A DNA stretch of 59,325 nt, the filler included, from Circinaria calcarea (lineage: Eukaryota): NCBI GenBank assembly GCA_051942165.1. It is 3 parts of 3 records of this genome, joined end to end, with 100 filler letters (N's around TTAATTAATTAA, not from the genome) between each part and the next. Parts side by side here need not be neighbours in the genome. Positions count along the whole stretch, not along the records: positions 19,850 to 39,576 come from JAVECS010000195.1; positions 39,677 to 59,325 come from JAVECS010000197.1; 1 more part is not named here. One strand, written 5' to 3'. The translations under genes were made by a program, and so were the position numbers. Shown here one piece after another: positions 35,449-48,600 of the stretch. Position 1 is the first letter of the stretch, and every line of letters starts with the position of its first letter. The notes beneath the pieces were generated by a model. The model was not told the DNA's origin and ran no database searches. It saw only the letters and a list, made by a program, of their open reading frames with translations.

Positions 35449-38222
35449 CTATAATTCATCGTGACCCGCGCTCAAATCTTCCATGGCCATGATATTCACG
35501 ACCAAGCTGGTCCATCCGGTAAAATGCTGGGTCCGCTGCCCCTGGCCGGTCTCGGGATTATACTGCTCCCAAGCAAACCCCGTACGTTCCCATTCTCTAA
35601 ACACATTGTTGACAAGATTCTTTCGGAGAGATGTGTATTGCTTGGCAGCACGAGCGCGATGGGGACCTGGCTGTTTAGCAACCACCTATCCATGTTAGCA
35701 TATATCCAGCAACGGACACATAAACATACGAATAAATTCTTGACGATCAGGTAGTTCATGTTCATCCAGACGGGACTCCTCCAATAATTTTCTTCTGTAC
35801 CATAGAATTCATTCCTTTTACTTAGACTCCTGACCCCAAAGTCGCTCCAAAGTTCCTCAGGATCACTGATCAAATCTAACACCTTGCCGAGTCGAGGACT
35901 ATCCGACGGCAATAAGCCAGTCATGAAAGGGAAGATGGAGATATAGCCTTTGTGACAAACGTGCACACTCTCTTCATAATCGTCAATTGTCGCATCGCAG
36001 TATGTCTGGGCTTTCTCGTCCCAATGCAGGTCATCGATATTACGAATAATGGCGGTCTCGTAACCTTTGAACTCAGCTACATCGTCTTCTTCACCGATTG
36101 TCTCCGCGATACGTCGCATAGAACGGGTCATCATGCCCATCCAGCTGATTAGATCCGTATGGAGCTCTCCAGGATGGGGAGGTTGTGCGCGGGGATAATC
36201 GTCCAATCCTGATGTCAGGATATGCTGTGGCGTTCGACCTCGCCATCTGTACGCCTCTTTGGTGGAGAAAGCGTCACGGTCGTAAGACTTGATATCTCCG
36301 AACTGGGTCTTACGGAACCAGAAGTAGTGACGTTTGAGAAGGGGATAGAGTTCGCGGAGGTAGCTGATTGCAAGGTCAGGGTTTCGAAGGTGGGCGTTAC
36401 GAATGGAATCAAAAGGATCCTGCGGGTCAGGCGTTTCTGCAGATTTCGATTTCATTTTGTCGATGAGAGTTTCCAGAACAAGAAAGAGGGTTGGCGGGTT
36501 GGCATAATGGGGGTATTGGACTTGGAACTCTTGCGGTACTTTACTACGGGCTTCCGGACCAAGGATCTGCTCGCGACCGATCCAGCCATCATCATCCATT
36601 AGCTTGAACCAGCTCTTGACAATGTCTAAGCTATACAACTGTCAGCATTGCCTAACCAAAGAGTGAAGCTGAACGCACGTCAAGTCCATATCCCATTCTG
36701 CAATCGGTAAGAGATGGAAACCCTCATCCCAAAGAAAGCCGCGAGGAAAGAACGGTCTCGAAGGGATGCTAGTGTACAACTCATAAGGACCCTCAAGCTT
36801 GAAGTTTCCACGATTTCGAGCATCAGCTGTTTCTTGCCAAAACCCCTCATTCTCTTCTTCGTATTCTGGTGCATATGACCGATCAACGACCGCATCTCCA
36901 TAGAAGTATCCAATGCCGCCGAGCAAATTGGAGAACATGGATTTAGCGAATCTTGCATACTTGGGCTTGTCAAAAGGACTCTTCGGTGCCAATAGCTTGG
37001 AGAAGCGGTCGGCAAATGATTTAGTTACTGTCTTTATTCCCTCGGTGATATCCTCGGCTGACAAGAATATTAGCGATTATCCCTGATAATTTCAGCCAGG
37101 CTTACGGGTTACGGCCTTGGGCGCAGAGCCTGAAGAGTATATAATGTCAAACTTGCTTTGGATAAGCCTCCCAATCCCTTTGGGGGAATCAGATCAACTA
37201 ACCTCGAAAGCTCCATCGAAGACCTTTTGAAGCAGATGCAGGTTCCCATCTCGAACTTCGTTCCCAATGGTGAAGGTCTGCCATGGTGGAGGGCTGTTCT
37301 TGTCGCCATAGGTAGAGATGTAACCATCGATTTCAGACTTCATATGAGTGAAGAGAAGTGCTTCACTCAAAGGATCAAGTTGTCAGCCAAGTATCCCTCA
37401 CTGCTCCTCATAGGGTGTTTCTTTCACATACGTTTTGTTTGCCATATCGCCTCCTCAGGTACCTGAAAACTTGCAACAATAGTCCTGTCCAGGGGCTTGC
37501 TCCCATACGTCTCGTGCGGAGGAGGAGGATGAGCGTTGGTATCCGGGCCAGTGGTGATATCGATCTTGAAGTCACCCAACTCGTTTGTTTGGCCCTGCAG
37601 TGTCACTGTCCCTTGAAAGCCTAGGTCATCTGGCTCATTTGCAACTTCCAAGGTCCCAAAGCCTTCCATGGAGGCGTAAAAGATCACCGTGGTCATGAGA
37701 TGCTCAGGGGCATCGTCTCGTGGGGTGCCCTTGACTCGAACACCCCAGCTTCCACCATGTTTTCCACCAGGTATCTTGACGAACTCGGTAGTGATGTCGA
37801 CTTTGTTGCCTGCATCGTGAATAGTCTGACGTCCGCCCTGCCTCGCATCGTATTCATCCCACCCATATCCAGCCATGCCCTCATTTTGCTCGCATGTATG
37901 GCGGAAATCTAACATCCAAATCAAGTCAGCTAGGACGGTAACTGAAGTTGGGAACCCAGGGGAGCCTCGATAGAGACGTACTTTGTTGAACAGATTGATA
38001 GTCGTCTACCTTTGCCCATAATAATCCTGTGGAAATGCTTTTTGGTATCCTCGGCTTGACGCCGAAATATAGGTTTGGTCTATAAGGACCCCATAGTAAG
38101 GAATCGTTGGAGAGCTTTGCGGTTTCCGTAAGTACTTCCTGATCCCCTGCACTAACACCTGAAGACAACAGAAACGCAAAGAGAAACACAGCGGGCGTGC
38201 AAAAGACAGATAATCGGAACAT
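35449..38222 (-). CDS. CWH41: Mannosyl-oligosaccharide glucosidase I (GH63), ER
   Basis: Signal peptide, SLLWGPYRPNLYFG, PSRPFFPRGFLWDEGFH, SGLDDYPR, NYWRSPVW, WEQYNPETG..HFTGWTSL, C-terminal HDEL. Confidence 0.96.
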
Positions 38223-38608
38223 AGTTAACAATCGAAACAGAAGACTACTGAAGCTCCAATGGGTGGCATCTAGAGCTCCGAGTGAATTGGACAGAAGACG
38301 GGATGGCTTTCTACATTGTAGACATTCATTGTAGACATTCATTGGACAGACCACGCGCAAAGACGATCGGCGCAGGGATGGGATCCTCCCCCAGTTACCC
38401 CGTTCAGTTCCGTGTCATAGCTTCCTCCTCCTTCTCATAGATCTACACTCTGGACGATCATACTTCACAAGCTATTTATTAACCCCATTTTCCACAATAA
38501 CTCAAAACTCACTTTATTCAATGTCTGTACATCTATAACCGCCTCCTCACCAACCAACCCTTCCGCTCCCCTACCCTTCCCTCCACTCCAGCCGCCTTCA
38601 AACCAGCA

Positions 38609-39535
38609 ATGACATCCTACCTCGCCTCCCTCTCCACCCACTACACCTCCCTCCGCCGCCTTCTTCCCACCTCCCTCTCTGAAGAAACAGACCTGCACAT
38701 CACCAACCCCCACGACTCCCACGTCTCCCGTGTCCTCCGTGCCTACTACACCGAAAAAGGCCGCCCCTTCCCTGACTGGCTCGGCCCAGATCCAAATCAG
38801 TCTTCCAAGTCCTCCGCGCCCGTCCTCTCATCCCGGGTGTCTTCGTCCAGTACGGTCTCCACCAGCAGCGGCAGCCTCCGCACCCAGCGCAATGGCCCCA
38901 CCGGATTGGGAGATCTCTTCGCCGATTCTCCTCCCGCTACATCCAACAGATTAGAAGCTGAGCCCCTTTCCCTCCGCCAACGACGCCCGGGTATCCGCTC
39001 ACCGAGCTTCCAAGGCGGCTCCTCCGACTCGATCCCCTATCCGCAAAGAGTCGCCCAAGCACCATCGCCATCCTCGCAACCCAACGTGCGTCCTCTGCCC
39101 AGCCAACGTGCCGGCAGCTATCAAATGCGCCAAGGTACACCACCTGGCGGGAGCAACCAGCCTACGTATTCGGCCAGTACAAGCAACTTGGCCGCAAGAA
39201 CCGAAGTGAGCGTCCAGGACCGCCTGAAGGCCCGTCTGGGCGGCCGATCCGGGAGCCCCTCGTTCAATTCCAGCAACCGCATTCCCTCCCCTTCTCCCGC
39301 GGCCGGTTTCAACCCCAGCATCAGTACCACCGTTCCCTCCGCTTCTTCCTCAGTCTCGAAACCCTACACCTCGGCCTCCAGCCCCTGGGTCAGTGGCGAA
39401 GACTACAGCAATAATAACAACAATTACGGCAGCGGCGGAGGGGCATATGCGCCTAGGAATACTGACGGAAGCGGGCAGTCTGACAGTCTAAGAAGAGGAA
39501 AGCCAGGGTTACCCAATGGACCCAGACCGAGATGA
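38609..39535 (+). CDS. MSO1: Mso1-like Sec1-binding exocytosis protein
   Basis: N-terminal YTSLRRLL..DSHVSRVLRAYYTEKGRPFPDWL (Mso1 Sec1-binding region), then a Ser/Pro-rich disordered region ending GLPNGPRPR. Confidence 0.82.
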   Translation: MTSYLASLSTHYTSLRRLLPTSLSEETDLHITNPHDSHVSRVLRAYYTEKGRPFPDWLGPDPNQSSKSSAPVLSSRVSSSSTVSTSSGSLRTQRNGPTGLGDLFADSPPATSNRLEAEPLSLRQRRPGIRSPSFQGGSSDSIPYPQRVAQAPSPSSQPNVRPLPSQRAGSYQMRQGTPPGGSNQPTYSASTSNLAARTEVSVQDRLKARLGGRSGSPSFNSSNRIPSPSPAAGFNPSISTTVPSASSSVSKPYTSASSPWVSGEDYSNNNNNYGSGGGAYAPRNTDGSGQSDSLRRGKPGLPNGPRPR

Positions 39536-39576
39536 GGATAGGGTACTTTTTGGGAAAGAAATTCCGGGAGTGGAGT

Positions 39577-39676
39577 NNNNNNNNNNNNNNNNNNNNNNNN
39601 NNNNNNNNNNNNNNNNNNNNTTAATTAATTAANNNNNNNNNNNNNNNNNNNNNNNNNNNNNNNNNNNNNNNNNNNN
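39577..39676. other. Assembly gap/contig linker (44 N + TTAATTAATTAA + 44 N)
   Basis: Same 100-nt structure as the first gap; interrupts the 3' end of UTP21. Confidence 0.97.
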
Positions 39677-42600
39677 CTCCCGCAACGCCTCCCTCAACCC
39701 CTCATCTCCCACCGCCACCACCGCCTCCGCGTGCACACGCAGAAAGACGGCCATCCACGCGTGCACGAGCTCGTAGTCGCGTTTCTGGCGCAGGCGGAAC
39801 GTGAGCGCGGAGACGAAGAGGGTGGGTTCTTGCGCGACGGGGTTCAGCGAGCGGATTTCGATGTCGGCGGCTGAGGGAGAGAGGGTCTGGAGGTGGTCGA
39901 TGAACGGCGTGAAGTCACCGGTGGAGGCGCAGGAGTGGAGGAGGGTTGTGAACGGGGATTTCTGGGCGGAGAGGGCTTGGACGTTGAGTTTGGAGATGCG
40001 GGAGCGGTCCAAAGGGGTGAGGGGTTGGGGCTGAGGATCGGATGGGGTCGTGGTGGAAGCGGAGGGTTGGGACGTTCCTTCGAGGGAAGGCAGGAAAAAG
40101 GGAGCTTTCTCGGGGGCTTTGGGGGGTTCGATGGGTTTGTTGCGCTGGGAGATGGTGTCGAGGTGGAGAAGAGTTTGCCATCGACTGCGGGGAACGAGAC
40201 TGAGTGTCATCATGTCTTGGCTTAATTGATCGGTTGTGGTGGAGAGGCTATCGGAAGGGTTGTCCTCTTCGGGCTCCGACTCGAAAGCCGCGTCCAAGAG
40301 GCCTTGGCCACCTTCGCCCGATGCAGTGGGAAGAATGGCTTGAGTGATTTCGTCTTCGCGAATGTGGCGAGTGGGCACGTGGGTGAAAAGGGTGCGGTTC
40401 GTCCAGATGTTGATACCGACGCTATCTGCATGGGCAGTTGCTAGGAATTCGCCCGTCGTGGAAAACGCAAGCGCTGTGCAGACCGTTTCCATCCGGCTAG
40501 CATCGATCAAATGTCCGGTGGGTAGATCCCATACGCGGATGACGGAGTCCATTGAAGCGGCAATGATCCATCTACCATCGTTCGAGAAACAAAAGTCACT
40601 AATCTGCCCGACACATCCCCAGAGCTCCCTGACAAGCTTTCTCGTCTCAATGTCGACAACGCGAATGGAGAGATCATCACAACTGAGTGCTATCAGGTCG
40701 CTTGGACGGTGATATCGAGATGCTGTGATTGCTGTCATAGGAAACCAATCGATTTCGTGTCGGAGTATGCCAGTTAGAAAGTCCCAGAACTTGATTTTTC
40801 CATCCAAACTACAGCTTATGACTGTTCTATTCAAGCCATCCACCATGATACCTGTCACTCCTTTCGTATGTTTCCCCTCACCCAGGCCATACTTCCGTTG
40901 ACCGTCCGTTACGGAGTGGAGATCATTACCTTCGTTGGCTTGTCTTATTCTAAGCTTCCTCGCCTGAGCAGGTGTCAGAGGTGAGGGAAAACGTTGGCGA
41001 TGTATGCCAGATTGCAAGTTGTACATGTCAATTCCGCCGCCTGCGGAACCAACAAGGGCAAAGGTACCGCAAGGAGTAATCGCAACAGTCTTCTAAGTTG
41101 GTTACCCTAGGTTTCAGACTGCCAAGTGGAAGTATCATACCTTTACTTCGCTTCCATCACTCGTTTCAAAAGCCCATCTTCCAGCTTTTTTCCTGCCCCA
41201 GAACCAAGTCCTAGCATACTTATCACCCCTGTGACCCGTCACAATGCTTTCCCACCCGGTAGGTCCATTATCACTGTTGTTACTGCTCTTCTTGTCGGAT
41301 ACATTGGCCCACACGGCGCCCCCACCTGTAGACGCCCCCATACCTCCATCCCGGTTCAATGAGCAAGCCATGCAGATGATCTCGGGTGCTTTCAAATCTT
41401 CAATGGTCGTGCTATTTTCAGCATTCAGACCTCTACCTAGAATTCCAAATTTTCGAGCTTTCTTCCTCACATTACCCTGACTGAGCTCAGTACTTTGCGC
41501 GTCACGCCGTATGCTCCAACCCCACAAGCTTCGGTCTCTACCGGCGCTTAGAAGCCATTTGCCGATTGAATCCGCTCCATCAGCTTCTGCAGGTAGGAAC
41601 TCTAGGCGCGTGATCGGTGCAGCATGACCACCTCGAGTGTGCAATATACGGGGAATTGGCGAGAACGGGGTCTCATCAAATATCCACGATTTCAAAGCGT
41701 TATCTAGTCCACTGGTAACCAGAACAGGTTGGCCGGGTAGAAACTCAGCTCTACTGATACCACCTACGACTTGTCCACCGCTCGGGGATGGAGGATCATG
41801 AGCATCTCGCAGGACTCCCATTACTCGGCCGCCTTCATTTAGGTCCCATAGTGTCACGTCTCCGTTGTCGGTACCCGCGGTTGCCATAACTCCGGATTTC
41901 CGGCCATCTTCACCAGCACCGAGACCGTCCGTACGGAACGAGATAGATGTGATATTTGCATTGCTTGATGATTTCGAAGACAATTGTATAATCTCTTTGT
42001 CAGCGCGAACATCATGTATGATGATGGATCCATCTCTACGGGCGATTGCGACGAGAGACAAGGCTGGAGAAGGTTGCAAAGCTGTGACGGGCCCGGTATG
42101 TATGAGTGGTGGCGCTATCGTGTATATCAATTTTCTGTTGCGTACAAGGTTAGCGTTGTTAAGAAGAGGTACGACTTGTTCGCAACTTCACCCAGCGCTA
42201 AGATTCCACAGGTCAACACTACCGTCCTGCTTTCCCACTAGTACCTTGTTGAGTAAAGTAGGCATGTTGCACATAACCCCAGACAGTAGATTGCCTCCAT
42301 TACCATTATTTGAGCATATTGGCGCCAGACCCGTGTAGTGCTCGTAAGTTGCTGATTTCCAAACTTCAAGGCGAGTGGAGCAACACCCCACAATCCATGA
42401 CCCGAATATAAGCAATTGCCTGATTGGCTCATTCATCCCTACGGGTATCTCCAACCCCGCAATGCGCTTCCCTCTCTTGAAGACCCATACTCCAATCTGG
42501 GACCCGTTCGATCCGCCGCCCCATGCTGCGAACACTCTGTCTTTCCATGCATGCGTAGATGTGATGTTGGCAGGGGTCTGTGGTCTTGTAATGAAAGTAA

Positions 42601-42903
42601 GATTCAATCCTCTTCGGAGATCGTATGTGTGCAGACTTCTTCCAATAGATGTAGTAATCTGAAAGGTAGTTTTTCCAAGGGCGATGGAGGTGAATGGCAC
42701 GTCTGTCGAGGAAACCAGTCCTAAGGTCTGTCAGGCCCACAGGATTAGCATAATGCTCGATGCAGATTGAACGAATAACAACATACCCTATAAGGTGCAA
42801 AGAGTCTGGATGATCGGGCCTTGTCAGATATTGCATGACTACCGTTTGTGACCTTTTGTCGTTTGGCCACAGGCCCTTCTTGACTGATAATGCTGATTGC
42901 CAT
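39677..42903 (-). CDS. UTP21: U3 snoRNP/SSU processome WD40 protein Utp21 (WDR36), 3' end lost in gap
   Basis: MAISIISQEGPVAKRQK..SRLFAPYR, WD repeats, LSLVPRSRWQTLLHLDTISQRNKPIEPPKAPEKAPFFLP, LSPSAADIEIRSL, RDYELVHAWMAVFLRVH. Confidence 0.95.
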
Positions 42904-43827
42904 GTTACCGTTTCATCCACATTTTGGATTTTTCGTCAAAGGCCTAATTGCGAACGGATTAGCGGCGGGCATTTCGGGAAGACCAGGCTAGAAGTAGCAT
43001 AGAAGGATTATCTAAGGAGTAGCGGGAGGGCCGTTTGTTCCACCGTTAATTCAGCCTTATGGCCTATCAGGAATAAGGTAAGGTGGCGTTAGAGTCTTAA
43101 AATAGTCACATATCCATGCAGGTGCAGAGAAAACACTTTTGTTGCGCTCCAATAGATAAGATCATCATCTTCATCCCACTTCAGAATATCTGAAGTAGCC
43201 CATGCCAGCTTTGGTAATTTACGCGATGCGCCGTTCTTGCTGTGCCCTCTTCTACCCCGTATTCGACTATCCAAGCAATGCCAATGAAGAAACCCCAAAC
43301 ACGGCCAGCCCCCCAGTCTGGAGTATATCTACCCGTTAGTTGCATATATCAATGCACAGATTGGAGGTCTAAGACGGCAAAATTGGAATCATCTGCTATG
43401 CGATGTTTCATGAGTAAGAAGAATCGTTGGCGTGTGCTTCTGGAAGCTGACAGCAACATGCCTATGATCTTCTTGGCTTCCAAGGCCATGCACTATGCAG
43501 GTCATATCACCCGATTGCGAACGTTCACCAGGCCTTCGTCTTTCGTAATGGTTGGATGAATGCCCCTCTCAGCCTGATCGTGTGACTGTTAAGACAAGGC
43601 TCGGCTCTCTCCGAGTATATTCATTTTCTCACTTTCCTCATTCATCGGAGAAGCAATACCGTATTATTACTCACAGTCAATCATCTTTCCAAAAAAACGG
43701 TTCATCTACTTGCATTGTCCCTTTTCCAGTTCTTTGAGTGCTGTGCATTGAGCCTGTTTTGCGCAGAACCATGATCCTCGCGGTTGATCTTGCTTTGGCC
43801 TATTCATTTCCTAAGAGCGTCGCAGCC

Positions 43828-44855
43828 ATGTTCAACATGGTGGTGCTATTATTGGTTGGATTTCTAGCTGCTGTAGGGCAGAGCAGACATCCACATCATA
43901 TCCCGCCCAAGTACGATTTCCAGCAACGCAACTTGGACACTATCCAGAGGATCTACAACGCTGCTATTTTTCCAAACAATCAGGCCTTCATCCGAAAAGG
44001 GGTTTCTGAGATTCCGAAAGGGTTGTTCAATGAGAATGCCAGGGGACGAATCGCACCGGTCGGTAACTTCTCTGGAATAGAGGATACAGCGGAATACTTC
44101 TTCGCTCTAAATCCTGCGCCTGTGTTTCCGCTCTACGCTACATGGACCAATGCCAAAATCGTGTCATTTTCGTCCGGCTGTCCGGAAGTCGCAAGTTCTG
44201 TGGTTTATGGAGCGACAACCGGTGTCAATCCAAATGCATCTACATACGGAAAGACGGTTACAACGATAAAGCAGGTAGGGCCGATTCTTCAAGCTTGGGA
44301 GCAATTGGCTCGTGCAGTGTAACTGCTGGCTCACCCTGTTATGAAGGTTGCTTTCTGGAGATTTGATGACACCGGAGCCGTGATCTATTATGATGCATGG
44401 TTTTCCAACCTCGCCGATTTCGTAAGGCTTTATTCGGGTTTGGCCCCTTCCCCTCAGGTCAATGCCGTACAGATACAACAGTTGTGCAACACCACTCAGC
44501 AGCTATGTACAGGGAGTAACACTCAGTATAATAGCACGGAAAGTTGCATACAATTCCTGTCACAGAAGAGTTTTGGATCCTGGAACGCGGTATGGGGTGA
44601 CAACGTGGTCTGTCGAACATTGCACGTACATCTTACTCGCCTTCGTCCTAACGTAGGTTCCCTGAGCTTCGAGGCCTCAAGGAGCTCGGTATTGAGATTG
44701 CTAACGCCACCAAGGTTCACTGCTCTCACGTCGGTCCTACTGGCGGTGGTAAGTGTGTTGATGTCCTGTACAATGATGTGTACTTCGATGACGAGGAACT
44801 CTTTGGGGCGCCGCCGGGAGAGACATTCATGTGTCGGAATCTGACTGGTGGTTGA
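43828..44855 (+). CDS. Conserved secreted fungal protein of unknown function (Cys-rich C-terminus)
   Basis: Signal peptide MFNMVVLLLVGFLAAVGQS; RNLDTIQRIYN..GRIAPVGNFSGIEDTAEYFFAL, KQ|VAFWRFD, WGDNVVCRTLH..|VHCSHVGPTGGGKCVD; three exons. Confidence 0.85.
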
Positions 44856-45676
44856 TTGCTGTAATTCATTTCAAGCATATCTGTTACTGTTAGACTTTGG
44901 GGGTTTGTTGGAGACCTCGGACTAGATGATTTCATTGGATAGATTATCATCTGAGGGAAATGACTGGATATTGGCCGAAACCAGCACATGTACGATAACA
45001 AGCAGGGGCACCACTGGGACCGAATCGTTCAGTATCTGTTACTATTGTTCATGTCATTAGAGGCTGAAGAGCAAAAGGCAGTTGCCGATAAGATGTAGTT
45101 TGGCTTCGAGAGTATTCTTCTAATCAATGGATTCTCTTTGATAGGGTATGGAATTTTTTGGAACCCTGTAATGATATTCGGTATCTGACATTTGAATGAG
45201 GAGCTATCGAGTTGTTGTACTTGCCTGTTCTAGCAGAGGACTTGCTCTTCCGCCTGCTTGTGGATTGCTTGCCTTGGGTTGAAGATATCATAGGAACTCC
45301 ACATTTAACCCAGATAACCAAGCAGTCAACACACGATTGGATGATTTGTACAGAGAAAGGTTTCTACATAAACGCCATTGGCATGGTATGCATTTATTAT
45401 AGGGAGGAGATTGTGGAAACGACAATGCGCACCCATGTTAGGTAAGATATGGGTGACGTCGGTGCAAATTCTTATCTAAACAAACCGTTGAGAAAGCCGC
45501 CACTAGATCGGAAAAAATTCATTGTTTTGACATGCAAGTGGATCACTTTTTCGTAAAATCTTCTACCCGCACGAACAGGTTGTTAGATCCCGACAGAAGA
45601 TGGGCCATGGTGCTTGTAAAGTTCAATGGTCAGAAGCGCGATGAGAGCGGGTATTTGCTGATTAGATGCGACCAAA

Positions 45677-48600
45677 ATGATTTCTTTGTCTCGCACAGTC
45701 AGTCATGAAAGTAATGGTCTCTCTAAGAAGGACCTTCCAGACGTCCTGAAAAGCCAGAAAGATTCCGGAAATACAATTGTCATTGAACCAAATGATCCTT
45801 CCTCTCCATCTCTACCGTCTAGCAATGGTAAAGAAGTGGGACCCCCACGCCTCAAGTCACGGACAACCTCCCGCTCTCTCCTTCCATCGAATTCGGTATC
45901 AGCAATTGCAAATAGGAAAGGACGATCGGCTGAAGCCGGCCTTATAAATGGCGGGATAGGTCGGGCAAGCATATCGATGCCTCCTCCTACGACTAAACCG
46001 TCAGCTCACAATAAGCCACCGACTCCACGCTGCACATCAGCTGCTCTGGTTGAGGAGCGGCATCCAAGTTCGAAAGCCGTCATGACCGGAAACGAAAGCG
46101 AGGGTGCAGCAGAAGCATCAGCTGTCCTTGATAACACGGAGAAGACCCCGAACGTGGGTGGCACAGAACTGCATCCGGCTTCAAGCCCCTATTCTCCAAT
46201 GGTGCTCCCTGATGCAGCCCTGAGGCCGCCCAAGACAAGAAGCACTAGTATAGAGGGTGACAATAATCGCTTATCGTTCTCCTCGTTGTATTCAATGGGC
46301 TCTGCCATCTACAACGGCGCAGTTGCCGCCAGTGGAAATCGCAGCACACCAAGTTCAAATGCCGGGTCTATGAAAAGTGGAGCAGCGGAGCCACCTAATC
46401 CTCCAGTAGGGCAATTGTCTCCATCCATAGGCTCTACCACAAAGGCAGATTCGATATCTTCGATTACGACAGCCACAGATCCTATCTCAGTCACAACATT
46501 ATCCCATACGCCCAACCTAGGTCTGTTACTTTGGGAACACCACCCTCTCATTTGAACGCCACTCAAAACTTTGCATAGGTTCCATCAGTCCACCGATGCA
46601 ACCGATCAGCTACGGCGCTAATGCCGCTGCGAAGCATCTGGAGTCATGGAGTCCTGGGATACTCCCGAGACCGCCTCCGGCACGTCGATCTCGCAGCAGG
46701 ACGCAGCGACGGCCAAGTGATAGCACTATTGCAAGTAGTGCTAGTCCAAATAACGGCGATCAAAGCTCGCAAGGTAGATACTCTGTGATGCTTTCCTACT
46801 TCGTATGTACGATACTCATAGCAAGCTTAGGCAGACCAACCCCTATTGGAAGGATTGGCGTTTGCGCTCTTGATGTCAAGGCCCGGAGTAAGCCAAGTCG
46901 GAACATATTGACACGGCTCCAGAACAATGGCGAATTCGAGGTTGTAGTATTTGGGGACAAAGTTATTCTAGATGAGGGTGAGCAACGATCTTGCCCTACG
47001 ATATCAAGCTTAACCTAACGTCAATTAGGGGTTGAGAACTGGCCGCTCTGGTAAGTATCCCCGTCCGACATACCGCATGCTAATCCAACGCCACTTTCGT
47101 ACCTCACGGGGATTTGTCCTTCAAATGAGACCATCTTCAAACTGACTTATACTCGTAGTGATTTCCTCATCTCATTTTTCTCAGATGGATTTCCGCTTGA
47201 TAAAGCAATAGCTTACGCACAACTACGCAAACCGTTCTGTGTTAACGACCTTCCAATGCAGAAAGTCCTCTGGGACCGACGCATCTGTCTGAGAATCCTC
47301 GATAGTATGGGAGTGCCCACACCAAGAAGAGTTGAAGTCAATAGAGATGGCGGTCCAACTCTCGAATCCGCCGAATTAGCCCATCACGTCTATCACATGA
47401 GCGGAGTTAGGCTTGACGGACTAGAAAATGGTACAGGCGGTGGAATGAAGATTGCAAACAACGTCACTTTGGTTGATGATGGCGATACTTTACAGGTAGA
47501 TGGTGTATCTCTTAAGAAACCATTCGTGGAGAAGCCTGTATGTGGTGAGGATCACAACATCTGCATTTACTACGCTAAGAACCAGAATGGTGGTGGAGGA
47601 AGGAAGTTGTTTAGAAAGATTGGCAATAAAAGCTCTGAATGGGACAGCAATCTCACCATACCCCGAGCTGTAACGGAAGAAGGAAGCAGTTACGTCTACG
47701 AGCAATTTCTTCACGTGGACAACGCCGAAGATGTCAAAGCGTACACTGTTGGACCAAACTACTGTCATGCAGAAACTCGTAAGTCTCCTGTAGTGGATGG
47801 ACTTGTCAGGAGAAACACACATGGGAAAGAAATCAGATATATCACAAGCCTCACAAAGGAGGAGGCAGTAATGGCCTCAAAAATAACCGAAGGTTTTGGT
47901 CAGCGTATCTGCGGCTTCGACTTGTTACGAGTTGGTACTAAAAGTTATGTGATTGATGTCAACGGCTGGAGTTTTGTGAAAGATAATAACGAATATTACG
48001 ACAAATGCTCGACCATTCTCAAACAAATGTTTCTCAAGGAGAAACGATTACGGGATGGCTACAGTCCGGAACCTGGGTTGGATATGACTGTTTCAGCTCG
48101 AAAAAATACAAGCAATCATCGTCAAGCCTTGAAAAATCTTTTCAAGTCTCCAAGCCTAACGAGATTAGCTGGTGCACACCACGGTAACCGCGTCCCCGGA
48201 ACGCAATCCCCAGACTGGTCGACTTCTACCCCACCGCTGACATCTCCGCCGAGCCTTGAAAAGCGCCAAAGTGTGAACCATCCTTCCATTCCCATCTTAA
48301 AGGACACTGAACTACTATCACCATTGGCACCAGGAACGCGACCGGACCCATCTGAACCTTATACTACACCTTCTGGGGACCACATACCGTCTATAGCAAC
48401 CCCTCTGCCAGCATCGAAGCACTCCTGGAAGCTGAAGGGAATGGTGGCTGTCATAAGGCATGCGGATCGAACTCCTAAGCAAAAATACAAGTTTACTTTT
48501 CATACCCAGCCCTTTGTGGATCTGTTAAAAGGCCACCAGGAAGAGGTCCTTCTCAAAGGTGAGGCTGCTCTGGGTAGTGTGCTCGAAGCTGTCAAGAAAG

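Noticed and set aside
43242..43559. 105-aa ORF between UTP21 and the secreted protein
   Set aside because: No motif and no convincing splice structure; probably intergenic.
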